This document shows, piece after piece, positions 1-14,132 of a stretch of 64,000 nucleotides of DNA. The notes under the pieces are model-generated. The model saw only the letters and a program-made list of their open reading frames with translations, searched no databases and was not told the origin of the DNA. The stretch's first letter is position 1, and every line of letters starts with the position of its first letter. Source of the stretch: Dimorphilus gyrociliatus (Eukaryota > Animalia > Annelida); the NCBI GenBank assembly GCA_904063045.1, contig CAJFCJ010000013.1, positions 1-64,000 on the forward strand, written 5' to 3'. Made by a program: the position numbers and the translations under genes.

Positions 1-845
1 TTTTTTTTTTAAAAACACTAAATAAAAATTTCTTTTAGTAGAAAAGTTTTTTCTTTTAAGATTTATATTAATTAAATTAATTTAGTTTATATAAATAAAA
101 GAAAGCTTTTCTTTTTAAACTATGAAAATGGCGACTGGTGGCCATTTTTATATACTGTATAAAAAAGAGATTCACATGTATGTAAACTGAGTATTAATTG
201 AAAAATACGCTAAGTTAGTACTTCTTTTACAAAGTAAGAAAATATTCCAACATAACATATTATTATTGGCCTAAGACGATAAGAAAAGAGAACGGAGAGA
301 GAGAGAGACACATACACACACAGTTAGAACATTCTCTGCTTTCCTATAAGTCGGGCAAAAAAAGTAGGCTTTTATTCTTTTTACTTTAAAGAGCAAAGAC
401 AAACGATTCGTATTTATCAAAGTGAATATAATATCTTCCTCTAGCCCTTCAGCCGTTCCTCAGGTTAATGTTATAATCTATTCTCAAATTTTAAAAAAAT
501 CCTCTCTTCTCTAAAGAAATAAAATAACATTGATGTAAGCCTAGAAACGAAAGGCCATCTACCGGTAAGAAGAATAAATGAAGAAGAAACGTTCTTAATT
601 CTATATTAAGAACATAATATAGCTTTCAAATTAAATATTATATATATAAATACATTTATACATATATATATCTTATATGTATTATTTTGGATATATAGAT
701 ACTGTATATATATATATATTAGTATATATATTAATATACTAATACATATATAAATTGTACTTTATAATTATTTATTCATTTTTCTGTTGAGTTTTTTATA
801 TTTGATTATTCGTTTTCTATTTTTACTATTTAAAAGAACAGGGAA

Positions 846-2256
846 ATGAAGGAACCCCTTAAAAAAGTTATTGATGAGGAAGAATTTCTATTTTACCAAA
901 ATTGTACTTATCGTAAAGGGTACGAATGGCGAACAAAATCATCTTGGTGGTGTACTAGAGAAAACTGTTTTGGACGTCTTATGACTAAACAAAAAGGCGA
1001 AAAATTTTACATTTTCAGCTTGACTAATCATAATCATAGTATTGATGGAGAGATAACAATCTATTCGTTCCATAAGCGAAGAAGAACGATTTGCACTCTT
1101 GCACAACTATGTAAAGAAATTATTAATGAAGTTAGATACGGTATATATAATGTTTTTTCATTTTTTTTATCTTCCAGTCCTTCTTCTTCTTTCTCTTATC
1201 CTTTTTAATATTCTTACGTGCTATGTTTATATTTGTCTTTTAGGACGTCTTTACGAATTACCAGACAGCTGTCGCAGATGTTCTATCCTACCTTTCATTC
1301 CAAGGAGAATAGGGAATTTTCCTTCTTCTATAAATGAAAAGTTCAAGTGTTTTGTCCTATATAGCCACTCTGATTTTATGGTTTTGGGTAAGAGCTTAGA
1401 ATACTTGAGTACTCCAACTACTCTTCTTATGAATACTTCGGTCAAATATAAAACCAGACATTTTCCTGTAATTTTAAGAATTTATGGAATATTTAAAGGA
1501 GTCTGTATTCCGGTCATCTACTGCCTTATTAGAGAAAAAATTCGACATATCTATAGCCTTATTATATATACACTTAGAGTTCTTCTATTTGGTAATAATT
1601 TACGGCTAGAACCGCAGAAGATTATTGTCGACTATAAAGACGAGCTTATACTTGAGCTAATGAAACAGTTCCCGAAAGCGGTTATTAGAGGTTCATTTTA
1701 TAATCACCTAAATCAAGTTTGGAGGGCCGTGAAAGCTTGTGGTGCCTTGCGATCTTACTGCAGTTCAAAAACGGCAAAATCAGTAATAAGACGTCTTGCT
1801 TGCCTATCTATCTTACCAGTTGTATCAATTAAGCCCTCTTTCTTGGAATTGGAAAAAGAGGTATCACCCGAAAATTATCCAGAAGTTAATCTATTGTTAA
1901 AATACTATAAAACGAAATGGTTGGAGGGTTGTATACCATTAATTAACTGGAATGCTTCTCAAGAAGATTTCTTAATTAATGGAGCGGTGGAGATATACTT
2001 TGAAAAGATAGATGAAGGATATGGGATTAACTATTTCAATATAGATCGTCTGATATCGACTTTAGGAAGAATATGTGAAAAAACTTATTCCTGCACTGCC
2101 CAACCCGATCCACCAAATGTCGATACAATTGATAGACATGAACACATTGGAATGGAAGTGGAAAATTTAAAAGAAGAATTTAAAAGTGGTTTGACAAATT
2201 CTAAAGAATTTCTTTACAAAGTATCTCGCTTTATCCACCGTTCTTTATTGATTTAA
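846..2256 (+). CDS. FLYWCH zinc finger + MULE (Mutator-like) transposase-derived protein, 2 exons (846-1140, 1244-2256), ~435 aa; an upstream exon is possible
   Basis: Exon 1 has the FLYWCH pattern (FYQNCTY..WWCTRENC.GRL..NHNH). GT at 1141 and AG at 1242-43 join the two track ORFs in frame (phase 1). Exon 2 follows the MULE layout: IPVIYCLI..K..Y, IIVDYK, FPKAVIRGSFYN..QVWR, INGAVE. Confidence 0.8.
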
Positions 2257-2381
2257 TTAGATTTATCTATAGGAAAATTTTTTAAGTGCTATCCTACTAA
2301 TTCTTAATTAGTGTTGAATATTCGTACTATTATGAATCTTTTTTCCTCTACTAATCTTCCCGCCTATCTTTCTCTGTCGTC

Positions 2382-2384
<3 letters not shown>

Positions 2385-2440
<56 letters not shown>
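2385..2440. repeat. (CT)28 microsatellite
   Basis: Perfect dinucleotide run read directly. Confidence 0.95.
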
Positions 2441-2443
<3 letters not shown>

Positions 2444-2762
2444 TCTCTACCCTCTAATTAATATACCAATTGATTAGCATTAGTATTTCTTTACAAGCTC
2501 CAACTCCATGATTTGTTTTCTATTATATAGCTTTTTTCGGACTTTTTAGAAATATCTCATTTATACTTAATTAATATTAAAAATATTCGTTTATTCCTTA
2601 ATAGTTATTGAAAATAAAATGGGAAAAAGAAAATAAAAATACAGAAAAAAAAGAAAAGAAAAGCTAAATAATCATTTCCTTATAACGCGGTTTTGTTAGG
2701 TTAGAGCAAACGAGGGAATATTAAACCACAAACCATTGTTTCTAAAAAAGATATCATATTTT

Positions 2763-2774
2763 AGTCACGTGACT
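2763..2774. promoter_or_regulatory. Palindromic E-box AGTCACGTGACT (CLEAR/USF-type)
   Basis: Perfect 12-bp palindrome containing GTCACGTGAC; function not demonstrable. Confidence 0.3.
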
Positions 2775-3359
2775 TATTAAAACAAATAATAGAGACACTT
2801 GTAAGTATACATAATGCTAAAGATTACAAACAAACAAATAAAAGCAGAAGAGAATTTAAAAAAAGCAAAAAGCAAAAGAGAAGGAAAATACATTTTTTTT
2901 ACTTTGGTTATTCTTATACTATCGCAAAAAGACCTCTCGGTTATAACATTTTTATTAAATTTATGTAGAAATTTTGTCGATATGGACGTATATTTTGGAT
3001 ATAATTAGGGACACAATTTCATAGAGATTAACAATATCTTCCCAACGATAGAACTTCAAGGAAACAATCACTTAATAGTATAAATGAATTTCCAGATTCT
3101 CAGTAATTAATTTCTGGTAAATATGCATGATATATAGATAACATGGATGTTTGAATTAGTGGGCGGCCAGACTAGAAACAAGATTAGGAATTTTTTTATA
3201 GAATAAAGGTATAAAATTAAAAATAATTTAATAGACTAATATTCAATTAATTAGCGAATGTTATCAATTAGGATGTAAATTTGTTAGCTAATTAGGGAAC
3301 CGGTTGCATAAAGAATATTCTGCATGCAAAACTGTTTGTAAATGAGTTTAATTTGCTTT

Positions 3360-3393
<34 letters not shown>

Positions 3394-4470
3394 GAAATGA
3401 CAGGGGTTTCTTGTTAAGTTAGAATATAAATTTAGTTTCTTGGTAAAGAAACATTCCAAAGAGAAACTAAACAGTCAAGTTTTTTCCAGTTCACGTGCAA
3501 CAGAGCAGAAATGCGCAAACAAGAACTATCAAAGATTCGCATTAGAGATGATGAAGGAGCTAATCAATATGCTGACCGCGTAGTTTTACTGTCTGAGAAA
3601 GGCGTACCCAGTTTATACGTACTATAGTCAATCGGATGTAAAAATTGGTTAGGAAAAAAATGGACTTTTAGATAAACCAGTTGTTAGTGTGAACGACCTC
3701 TAAGATATGAACTAATACCTTTGTATCTTTTAGCGTGCTAAGGTTTTTGGCTATCTTAAATTTCATGGCGATAATCCATTATTTATAATCTAGTGGCATG
3801 CTCCAGTTTAGAATGAGATGATCAAGTCGTATTCTGGTAGAGACTATTGCCAGATCGGATACGTCTGATGCTTTGCGTAATTTACAGAAACGAAAATCGA
3901 TTTGACGCCTTAATTGATTTAGGCAGTGACAAACCACTCATTCTTAATTAGTTTGCAAATGACCCCTCCAATGACGTGATCGTACAATATAAATACGCTG
4001 CATGTTATGCTAATTAATTATAAACTATGGAAAATGGACTTGTTAAGCCAACCGCCTAGCGGTTTGAATAATTCTCCTCAGTAGCAGCGTCTACGCCATC
4101 TAGTAGTATAACATCTTGACTGAATTTTAAAGAGATATTAAGCCGATGGGCAATAGAGTGGCCATCTATAGGATTTATCTTTCTTATCGCCATCTTCAAT
4201 TCTCTAGCTTCCTTATTTGAATCACACAAAAAAGCTATCTACTTGACTGATTAAAATATATTTTTAAACTTTTGCGTATTTGAAATCTAGGCCCAGAGAA
4301 AAGCATAAATGTAAAAACATAGTAAAAGAAAAACAAGAAAGAAACAAACCGATCGTCACTGGAATTAGTAATTAAAAATGGCGGATATAAGATATATATT
4401 ACAATCCGCCATATTTAAAATTTATTATAAATACAAAATAGAAGATGGATGGAAAGGGGAGCAGCTCAAC

Positions 4471-4518
4471 AGCCAATCACGGAACGCTAAATTTTACGAT
4501 GATTATGTATTGACGTCA
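4471..4518 (+). promoter_or_regulatory. CCAAT box (AGCCAATCAC, 4471-4480) + CRE (TGACGTCA, 4511-4518) upstream of TMEM86 copy A
   Basis: Both motifs recur in the same order and with similar spacing upstream of copy B. Confidence 0.65.
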
Positions 4519-4610
4519 TAGTAAATAACACCGTATTATCTTGCAACAGACAATTTTACGGATAGTCACTTATTTTCCGATCAGAAAAGGCGAACAATAA
4601 AACGGTTGGA

Positions 4611-5992
4611 ATGGCGACTGCAAAACCCTTGACACCACTGAAACCAACTACAGTTGTAAGTCAAAATATAATGATGTACAAGTATTTTATTTGTCAAATA
4701 ACGGAAACGAAAGCACGTGTCCTTATAAATATAATAATTAGAGAAAGGCAGAAAACATTCGTTTTTCAACATAAACACAACATTTCAAACTTTTTCATTA
4801 GATTTTACTTTGATAATTTCTGTAGTTCTGTTTTAAAAAGATTTTTTTAAAAAAAAAAACAAAAGGATGAGGGAGGAGAGAGGAAAAAAGAAACGAAATG
4901 GATTTGATACATTATTAGCTTTTTCGGCTGTTGTTTATATTGTTTTTCATAGAATTTTTACAGATTTATTCGATTTATAGAGTATGCTATTACTATTAAT
5001 CTCTCTCCCGCTACCTCTCCCTCCCTCCTTTCTTCTTTCTCTGTTTGTTTGTTTATTTAAAAAAAAAGTAAATTGATTAATATTTCATTTGTTTTTTCTT
5101 TGATTTAGCTGAAGAGCGTTGGACCAAAACTGGTACCTTTCTTTAAAACCGTTACAATATATTTTGTCCTCTATGGCAAAGAGTCAACAATGGATTCTAT
5201 TTTCTATTGCGTCATTAAAATTCTACCTATAATCTCCTTGATGATCTTTGTTCTACTACACGGCATGAATTTCTCTGAGGCTTACGTTTATTCAAGAAGA
5301 ATTTTAATAGGCCTACTCTTCTCAGCATTTGGAGATGCATTTATGGTTTGGAAAAAAAATGGGTATTTCATACCAGCTGTTGGAATGTTTGCAATTGCTC
5401 AACTCCTATATGCGAGAGCTTTTGGCTTTAGAGATTTAAAGATTAAACATGGTGTCTGTTGCGGTAGCTTGTGTTCTGTTATGTTCCTCTTCCTTCTTCC
5501 AGTTTTAGAGGTACTATCGACTATTAGCTTTTCTATATATAGTAGATTTCTGTTTCGTTTCCTCTTATTACCAAAAGCATCTTTCTCTCCCTTGTTAAAT
5601 CAACATTTTTTCAGGGCAAAATGGTTTGGATAGGAATGACATATTGCGCATTAATTTGCGGTATGTTATGGAGAGCGGTGGCTAGAGTTCAGCTCTTTAA
5701 TGATTTATGGACGTGGACAAAATTGTGCAGTTGCGGTGGCGCCATCTTCTTTGTTATTTCAGACTACATAATATGTTTAGATAAATTCCTCGCTCCCGTT
5801 CCCTATGCACATCAATTAATAATGTCAACCTACTATACCGCTCAGTTGGGTATAACGCTAAGTGTCATTGATTCCCAAGCCGATATCGTCATTGAACAGA
5901 GTTTAAAGGAAACTGAAAACTGGAAAACACAACGAATTGAAAAAGGTTCTTTTGAAGAGAAAGTCGATAAAAACTGCAAAAAAACAAATTAA
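4611..5992 (+). CDS. TMEM86: Lysoplasmalogenase TMEM86/YhhN family, copy A, 3 exons (4611-4655, 5109-5510, 5615-5992), 274 aa
   Basis: LKSVGPKLVPFFKTVTIYFVL, KILPI, GLLFSAFGDA, WTWT, FFVISD, LIMSTYYTAQ match TMEM86A. Both introns are GT-AG, phase 0. Confidence 0.93.
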
Positions 5993-8900
5993 ACTCTTAC
6001 AAACAAACAACAGCATTAACTGCAAAAAGAGTAGGGGATGGTTGGGCGGGGGCGGGGAGGGTTCCTTGTAAGCTGTTTTCGAATTTGAAGGATATTGTTC
6101 ATTTGTTTATTTTGGGCATAACTAATCCAGTTTCTTCCTTTCCTAGATATATGAAAAATATGAAAAAAAACAAAAAAAAGAAGAGCTAATAAGCTATATT
6201 AATCAAGCTTGTTTCGTTTTTAAATATATATATATATATATATATACATATATACAGTATATGTATATAACAACAACTATGGGATAAAGAGAGTAAGAAA
6301 GAGATTAGCGGCACTTATACTTCCATAAATAAGTGGGCTATTAGATTTTCTCTTCCTATCCAACAATCAAGATTGAAAATACTTTTACATTGTACACTAT
6401 TTTTAGTAATTTTTATTCAGGAAGAAGATAATTATATAATCATCGAAATGCATTAGAATCTCTAGATAAAAGATAGTGAAATCCGTGGAAAAAAACAAAA
6501 AGTCAGATCTTTCTCCTATTTCCTTTTTATTTTTTATTATTTATATATATATATTGTTTTGTATATCATTATATTTGTATATATATATATATATATATAT
6601 ATATGTTTTGATTTATTAATAAACGTATCTAACATTGGCTTTTACTTGAAAATAATCAAGAGATTTATTTATCTTTTTCCCGCCAAGAATTTCAGATTTC
6701 TAGGAATTTGTGTGTATATTGAACAACTTGTTACTGAAAATGAAAGAAGTATGAATAAGTAATAAAAATTTTTTAAAAAAAAAATATTGCTATATTTCAA
6801 GGTCAACTTAAAAAATGTATGTTTGTTGTATGCATGCTTTTACTATTATATTATGACCATTTTATTATATATACAAGGCTGGCTGTTTGTCATTCAAATA
6901 AAAAATGGCAATGGCATTTTTATATATAAAAAAAAAATACTAAATGAATACTAATTTTCAGTTAAGTTCGCGTATAGCATTTTTCAACTAAACTAGATAT
7001 AAAGTGAAACGTGTGAATTGCTTTGGGCGTTGTTCAATGCCTTTTTTTTTTTTTAAAAGTTTTTGTCCTTTGCTTTCTTATTCTCAAAAAAATTATTAAT
7101 CATTATTCTTCTTTTTCATCCTCTTCTTAAATTTGAACTAATCAGTTTTGATATTTAACAGTCAATTTCAACAAAACATGGCCTTATCTATTCAATAACA
7201 TCATCTACTAAAACCATCAAACCGTATCCGCCTCTCTTTTCTCAATTAAATGTTGTTTATATAGAATAGTTCCATTGCGAATAAAAATATAACTTTGTAT
7301 CAGCTTTTTTAATGAGACCTATGAGCAAATTTTTACAAGAATATTTCATATTCAAATGAATAAGGATATCCGCAAATGCTGCATTTTAACCTCCAAAGAA
7401 AAACAATTAAATTTATTTACATATGAATTGAGTTTAATAATAAAAAAATATCATCTTTTTATGAATGAGAAAGAATAATGATAACCTTAGAGATTTCAAC
7501 CGATGTATGTTGATGAAGAATTTAATTTAATATAAAAAGCTATTTATTTATTTATTAAATCACGATTATACTGAAATTATAAAAGTTCGTATATATTTCA
7601 TCTTTCATTTGAAAAAATTGAAAACCCTAATGTTCTATTTTTAACTTCCACTCTTTAGATATAAACAATGTAATTATATTGAAGGATTGAGTAAATGAGT
7701 GAGCGAGAGAGAAATCTGATTTGCTGCTCTCTTTCCTCATTACAATTCATTTTATTTAACTCTATTTTAAGAGAAAAGCATGAGATGATTTTTCCTTTTG
7801 CTTTGTTTATGCTAAGAGGGAACTGTTTTCCTTTATCAAAGGATTATTTTGCTAAACTTATCGAAAATATACCTTATCACCCTTTCTCCTTCTCCACCTC
7901 TTGAAAGAGTACACAAAAAGAGATAATTAATGGCATTGTTAGTTTTTTTTTATATTCAAAGTATCCCTCTCATTATTAAAGTTATTTCGAGTTTGTACTG
8001 CATTTTTTGAAGCAAGTAAAAACAATTTTATTTCAGAATACTACAAGAAATCAGGAACAGAACGACCGATAATGATTTTACTTTGGTTTTTATAGTCATT
8101 TGTACACAATCGTCCATAGTCAAGGGCGGTAAATCTGAACAGGGCGCCACCTAACAATTCTTAATGATAGCCTTTCGCTTCTCTTTGGGAAAATTGCCGT
8201 TTAAACGCCTCTAAATCCTTTCGTAAGTTTGGTTTATTTCGTGGACGCGAGAATACCAGAGGAGAGAGAAAGAGAGAAAAGGGGAAGGGAGAAGGGAGGG
8301 GTAAAATATTACCTAAGTGATTATTACCTTTAACATTACATTGATAAAGTTTAGGTATATATAAAAAATAAATAAATGCTGAAATTGCATTCTCACTTAC
8401 TTGATTAATATTATAAAATAAACAGTGCTATACTATATATCGAAGACAAAGATACGTTTTAGCATAAATCCGCTTCGGAGAAGGAAAATGAGAAAGAATG
8501 GTTGCATGTAATGAGATCTTTCCGTTGAAATAGAGGATAGTTTCTGTAATAAATGATAATAAATACCTTTGCTCTTGTAAAAACAAGAAGAAAATGATAA
8601 CAATAAGGAGAGAAACAAAACAGTTATGATTTTTTTTTATTGTTTACGAACAAAAACTTAGACAATAGATTTTTTTATACTGAATTATTTAGAAGTTATC
8701 AATAACATTACTTTTTCCATTGATTTAGCAATTAACTCCTACACATTTATTTAGTTTAGTAATATTTTTGTATTGATATATGAACATGTTGTGTATTTAA
8801 TAGCTATGCAGTGGATATTCATAAAATTTGCATCTAAAATGTAAAAATGACTTATGTAAACGAATATACAAATATATGCTATATATATAAAGGAGATGTA

Positions 8901-9127
8901 TGAGCAAATGACTTAGTAAGTAGTCAGAATGAGAGAGACAGAGACGGAGACAGAGACACCAAGAGAGAGTATATGGCATTGATAATGTCTATATTTTCAT
9001 GTCATTCTCAGTCCACGTAAGGCACTTACCTGGAAGTTTTGTTAATTATTTTTTATTTATTTCTTTGACTTTCTGTTTTAGGTTTTTTATATTAAACGTT
9101 AAACAAAAAACCTGATCAAATTCAACA

Positions 9128-9644
9128 ATGTCGCTGTACATCGAGATGGATGTGGAATCTATGAACCACGCCCAGTTCATAAAGGAGCAATTTGGTATTA
9201 ATACTTTTTTAATAAATATACATATACAGAATTAAATAAAATTATATATAAAAATTTTAACAAAGTATCGCTTTTACCTTTCAAAAAGCTTTTGGGGCAG
9301 CTTTCGATAATGGAGTTCTAAATAGGGAATTTCCTATCTACGTATTAAACTACGGAAACAGATATTCTGTTGGTGCCGATGTTCAGCCTTGCCATGAGAG
9401 GATTCTCAGGAATATCTTTCGTCGACTTGTTGATAGATACAATCATTTTAATATTGAAGTTATTTTTAAAGTGCCAGAGAACTATTATAAAACCGTTTTA
9501 GACCTTACAACTTGGTTTCATAGATTTTTTGGTGTGAAAATATGCCTAGAAGATTCAGAAACTAGCGTTCAATTAGTTGGACCAGCTGATAATATTGATA
9601 CAATGATAAGTTTAATGAAAGAAGAAATATTTAAACGAAAATAA
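9128..9644 (+). CDS. Degenerate tandem-KH-like family member 1, exons 9128-9194 and 9289 (or 9301)-9644, ~140 aa; absent from the ORF track
   Basis: Exon 1 MSLYIEMDVESMNHAQFIKEQF + phase-1 intron. Exon 2 is open, and FRRLVDRY..FKVPENYYKTVLDLTTWFHRFFGVKI..VQLVGP..IDTMISLMK aligns by eye with the 20847 gene. Confidence 0.75.
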
Positions 9645-12600
9645 AGTATATACTGTACATAAAAAAGAATTTGGTCTTTTCCTTGTCTTTCTTTAAAATC
9701 TTCCATGTTCAAATATCAAAGTGTAAATTCAACTTATACAATCTATCTGTCGAAGAGAGAAATATCTAGCAGGATTTTTTATTCTTTCTTTTTTGTATCT
9801 TTTTCAATGTGAGATAATATTTAATTTCTAACTGCTTTTCCTTTCTAAGCAAAGTAATTCTAATGAATAGAAAAACAATTTATGGCAGTGTAACTTCAAT
9901 ATTTACAAAAAATAACTAGGTTAACGTATTTACTTACGACTAAATTCATTTGTAGAATTTAGAATTATTAAACTTATGAATTTACATATGCTGCCATCTT
10001 CTGGAGAGTGGTTATCAAATCTATTCGTTTTTCTTATTAATACAGGTTGATTAAAATTATATTTAATTGGATAAAATTGGACTGAATATGATTAATAGTA
10101 AAGTCATTGTTATATGTTCTTACTGGAAATTTCCAACAGCTTTTATTTTTAAAATGTACATATCTAACTTCCGGCAGAATAATTATCTTCTCTTCTTTAA
10201 TCAAATGCACAAGCTTTTTTATTTAATCAATTTTTAACTACTTGTACAATTATTACAAAATTTGTCTCTTAAGATAGTCCTTTTGCAGAGAAAAAGAAAA
10301 CTCTCCTTTTGATTGAAAGAAACTTCACTCACGTTTATGTTGGAATAACCTTTAAAGACAAAAGTAAGAATTATATAGTAGAACATAGAGTATATAAAAA
10401 GAAACGCAAAAAAAACTGAAAAGAAAGAGAGAAATAGGGATTAAGGGAAAAGAAATAAAATGTAAGTAAATTACGCAATGCATCGAAATAGTATCTTTTT
10501 TTGCCTTCCATTTCTAGATGGACAGTATAAATTCATTAAAAATAGCAAAAAGAAGGATTATAGATAATATATATATATATATATATATAATATAACACCG
10601 ATATACATAACTTATACACTATATATTTTTATCATTCATCGTTGCCTATTGTGATAAAAGCAACTTCCATGGTCGAAAAAACTTCATTCGCATTCAACTC
10701 GTATTCTTTTTTATAACCTATAAAAAGTAATTTTTCTAACGTTGGAATAGTAAGCACCTAAAAAGATACAGTGTAAAAAAAAACAATCACTCTCTTTTTT
10801 TCATCATTAGAATAAGGAGTCATCTTCTTTTTAATGCTAACAATCCCCCAAAAATACTGTAAATCAATACTAAAGGATACCTTACATTATTGTCGATTAT
10901 CATCTCATCCGATTACAACCTTAATGTTCGTTCACTTCCTAATTTCTATACTATCCTTCTCCAAACTCATGATTTGCAACAACAACAAAATAATATTAAC
11001 AAAATAGACAATACCACGTTTGTCGTTATATCGTTTAATTTACATAAATGATTTATATCTTTTGTTGTTTTCCAAAGTCTTTTTTGGCGAGTAAAGTATG
11101 TTTGTATAGTTCCTTTTGTTACCAGTATAAATATTCATATATGTAAGTATGCAAGAGCGTTTACCTGTTGAAAGTATACAATTAAAACAATGAGAGGTTA
11201 ATCGCTTTCTCTTTAATTTCAGGGCAATTAGGTAAAAAAAACAGAAAAAATAACCTACCTGAAATTTATCTGAAAGAGTACGATCATTTAAGCGTCATCA
11301 CTTTCCAGAAAGCGGAATTCGCTAATTATATCCCAGAGGTCAAAGGTATTTCAACTGTCGGCTCTAATAAATTTTAAGCGTAGACAAATGTCTAAGAAAT
11401 GAGCTCTTTAACTTGGAAAATTCTCTTATCTATCATTAGTTAAGATATATAACAGCACTATTTACCATTTTCGTTTTTCTGTTTAACTAACATGTCAAAA
11501 TAAAGAAGAATTTATAGAATTTTCCTCATTTTTCAAAATACAAAAATTACATTTATCTTCTTTACCCTTCTTTTAGCTATTCGTCATATTTATACCCTTA
11601 AAGCTCAAATAGCATTCGTCAGCCTCCTATTCGTACAACACATTTCAAACTGTCCAAATGAAAATGAGAAACCACTCCATGTTGTTATATCTTATTGAAT
11701 AACAACAGAGCAAATATCATTTGTCTCTAACGGAAATCAGTCCCTTTTATTCTATTTCAATAGACAATAAACGAAATACAAAAGTATTATATAAAGTCTC
11801 TTTATTTTAAGGAAAGGTAAAACGCTTTTATCTGCATTTAATCTGTCCATTTCGCCTAAATCCTACAACAGGGAAATTTTACAGTTTTCTTTTATTTTCT
11901 TTTATATTTTAAATATACTTTTTTAGTCAATTCTACAGCTTTCATTACAGTTTGAAATGCGATATATAATTATATTATTATTAATATAATACAACTGCAC
12001 TCTGCTTTTTTAAGTTGTCTAGTTATAATTTAATTTAAGGCTTTGAAAATTGAATATAATATAGGCTTTTACCTAAAAATAGAAAAATTATGCGTAGAAA
12101 TGAAAGATTCGACTGACGGATAGGACAAATCGATAAGAAATTCTCTTTCTTTTCCCATTTAAGGTTGCATAATTCTAGATTGAAGTTTATAGGTTTGATT
12201 TTAATATATGATAATGTAAGCTAAATCAGAAGGGACAAAAGCTTAATTAAATATCTGTAAAAAAAAAAACTCATTATATACTCCATGATTGTTTCCATTT
12301 TTCTTTTTGTATTTAGAAGCCTTTAAACTTTGAGAGATGGGAATAACAATGTTCAGTCTTCAATTATTGAAAAAAAAGATTGACCATTGTTATTCTAACT
12401 CACAAGTTATAAGCATTCTTTATATTCATTTTTCCTTTTTAAGAAAATTCTGAAAATAAACATTATTTCCTTTTATTTGAATGTATTAAGCTACATATAT
12501 AAGATTAAAAGTGAGGATGTTGGCTGGAAGGCGACAATTGAACTATCCGCCTCAAAACGTTCTATTTCGAGTTGTTCTTTTCTTTTGGAAAAAAACACAA

Positions 12601-14132
12601 GATTTCGTATACGAGTATTTCATATGGAACGTTAGGTTAAATTGAAAATGATAAAGTAAAAAAATTGTATGCTTTTATCTATATATAGGTATATATATAT
12701 ATATATATTGGAAAAGAAGGTTTCTTTTTTTTCTTTGTTTTTTTAGAAAAAAGAACATAGAATTTTTCCAGAAAATCTAAAAATAAGAAAATAAGAATTT
12801 TGTAAAAAGAGAAAACAAGGAAAAAAAGTAAAAAAAAAGTATTCAAAGTCTTGAAATGATATCCAAATTGTACCTCAGTTCTGAGCTTGAAGCGGGCGGA
12901 GCTTTAACTGAATCTGCTATATTATCGTTATACTTTCTAATCATCTACCGCCAGAGGGCACTCTTGTAATTTTCAAACTATGATTTATTACTTTTATTTT
13001 CTTTGTACGTGTATATATAATACATTTTACAAGGTTTATGCTAATAAACCATAGGTTTTTAACTACTCCCCTTAAGTTAATAAAATTCAATAAGCTTCTC
13101 TAGCGCATGCGTACTGATTCTTAATGTCAATTGCGAAATATAGAAAAAAAACATATTTAAACATTAATTCTAAAAGAATAAAATTAAAAATATTAAAGTA
13201 AATTTCAGCATCTCTCTAAATGTAGAAAATATAAAAACAAAGTGTAACGTTCTGTAGTGCAATACACTTTTGAGGCAATGCTCTAAAGGGAAACGATATC
13301 TCTCATTTCTCACCGTCTTTTCTATACGATACGATAATACTTTCTGAGATAAAGAGAACTTATTAAATAGTGCTATAAATGTTTTAACCTTGATATGTCC
13401 TAAGTGTATAAAAAAATTGAAATAGTTTACAATTATACATAAGTATATAGAGTAAAAATCTGACACCCCCCTCCCTCCTTCTCCCTCCTCCCCTAACACC
13501 CTAGCCCATCAATCCTTTCGTTTCTCTCAAATTACAGTTATTAAATAATACTCAACACCTCCATTGCCAAACTCCGCGCATAAAAAAGAATATTCCGTTT
13601 TGAAGAGAATATACTCTTTAAGTAAATCACCACAGTAACCGTAATTAGCGTAAGCTTATTAATAATAAAACTAATTTGATATTTACATGTTAAAAATAGA
13701 ATAAAAGAATTAGAATAGAATATACTCAAAAAAAAGGGAAAAAGAATATTCCTTCCCTCCACCCCTACACCATTTCTCAATACCCGTAATTTAAACTTCG
13801 GTTGTACTACTTTGCGTTGTTGGGAAGACTTTTTTTTTAAACAAAAAATTAAACGCTTTTCTTCGACTAAACGTCATCCGCCGTATTAAAAAAATTGTTC
13901 ATCTTTTTTTTTTAATTATTTATATAAATAAGTCTTTTAAATTTTTTCTATTATTCTAATAAGCTTTCCTTGAAATTTCAAATTAATAGGAAAATTGGGT
14001 ATGGTCACGTGATTGTAAAAAATTGGCGCCAATTAAATAGCAAACAGGCCTAGTCTTTCGGAATACCCGCAAGTGCAGAAAGTATTAAATCTGCTTTAGA
14101 GAATTCAAGCTGTTTGCTGTAAATTTACTACA

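Noticed and set aside
8797-8979. Short track ORFs over microsatellites or AT-rich introns (also 6559, 17214, 20528, 22684, 53884, 54725 and similar)
   Set aside because: F/I/Y/L/K-biased translations of simple repeats with no splice or homology support
9024-9033. ACTTACCTGG resembling the U1 snRNA 5' end
   Set aside because: Downstream sequence does not continue as U1; it is simply the reverse complement of a splice-donor consensus
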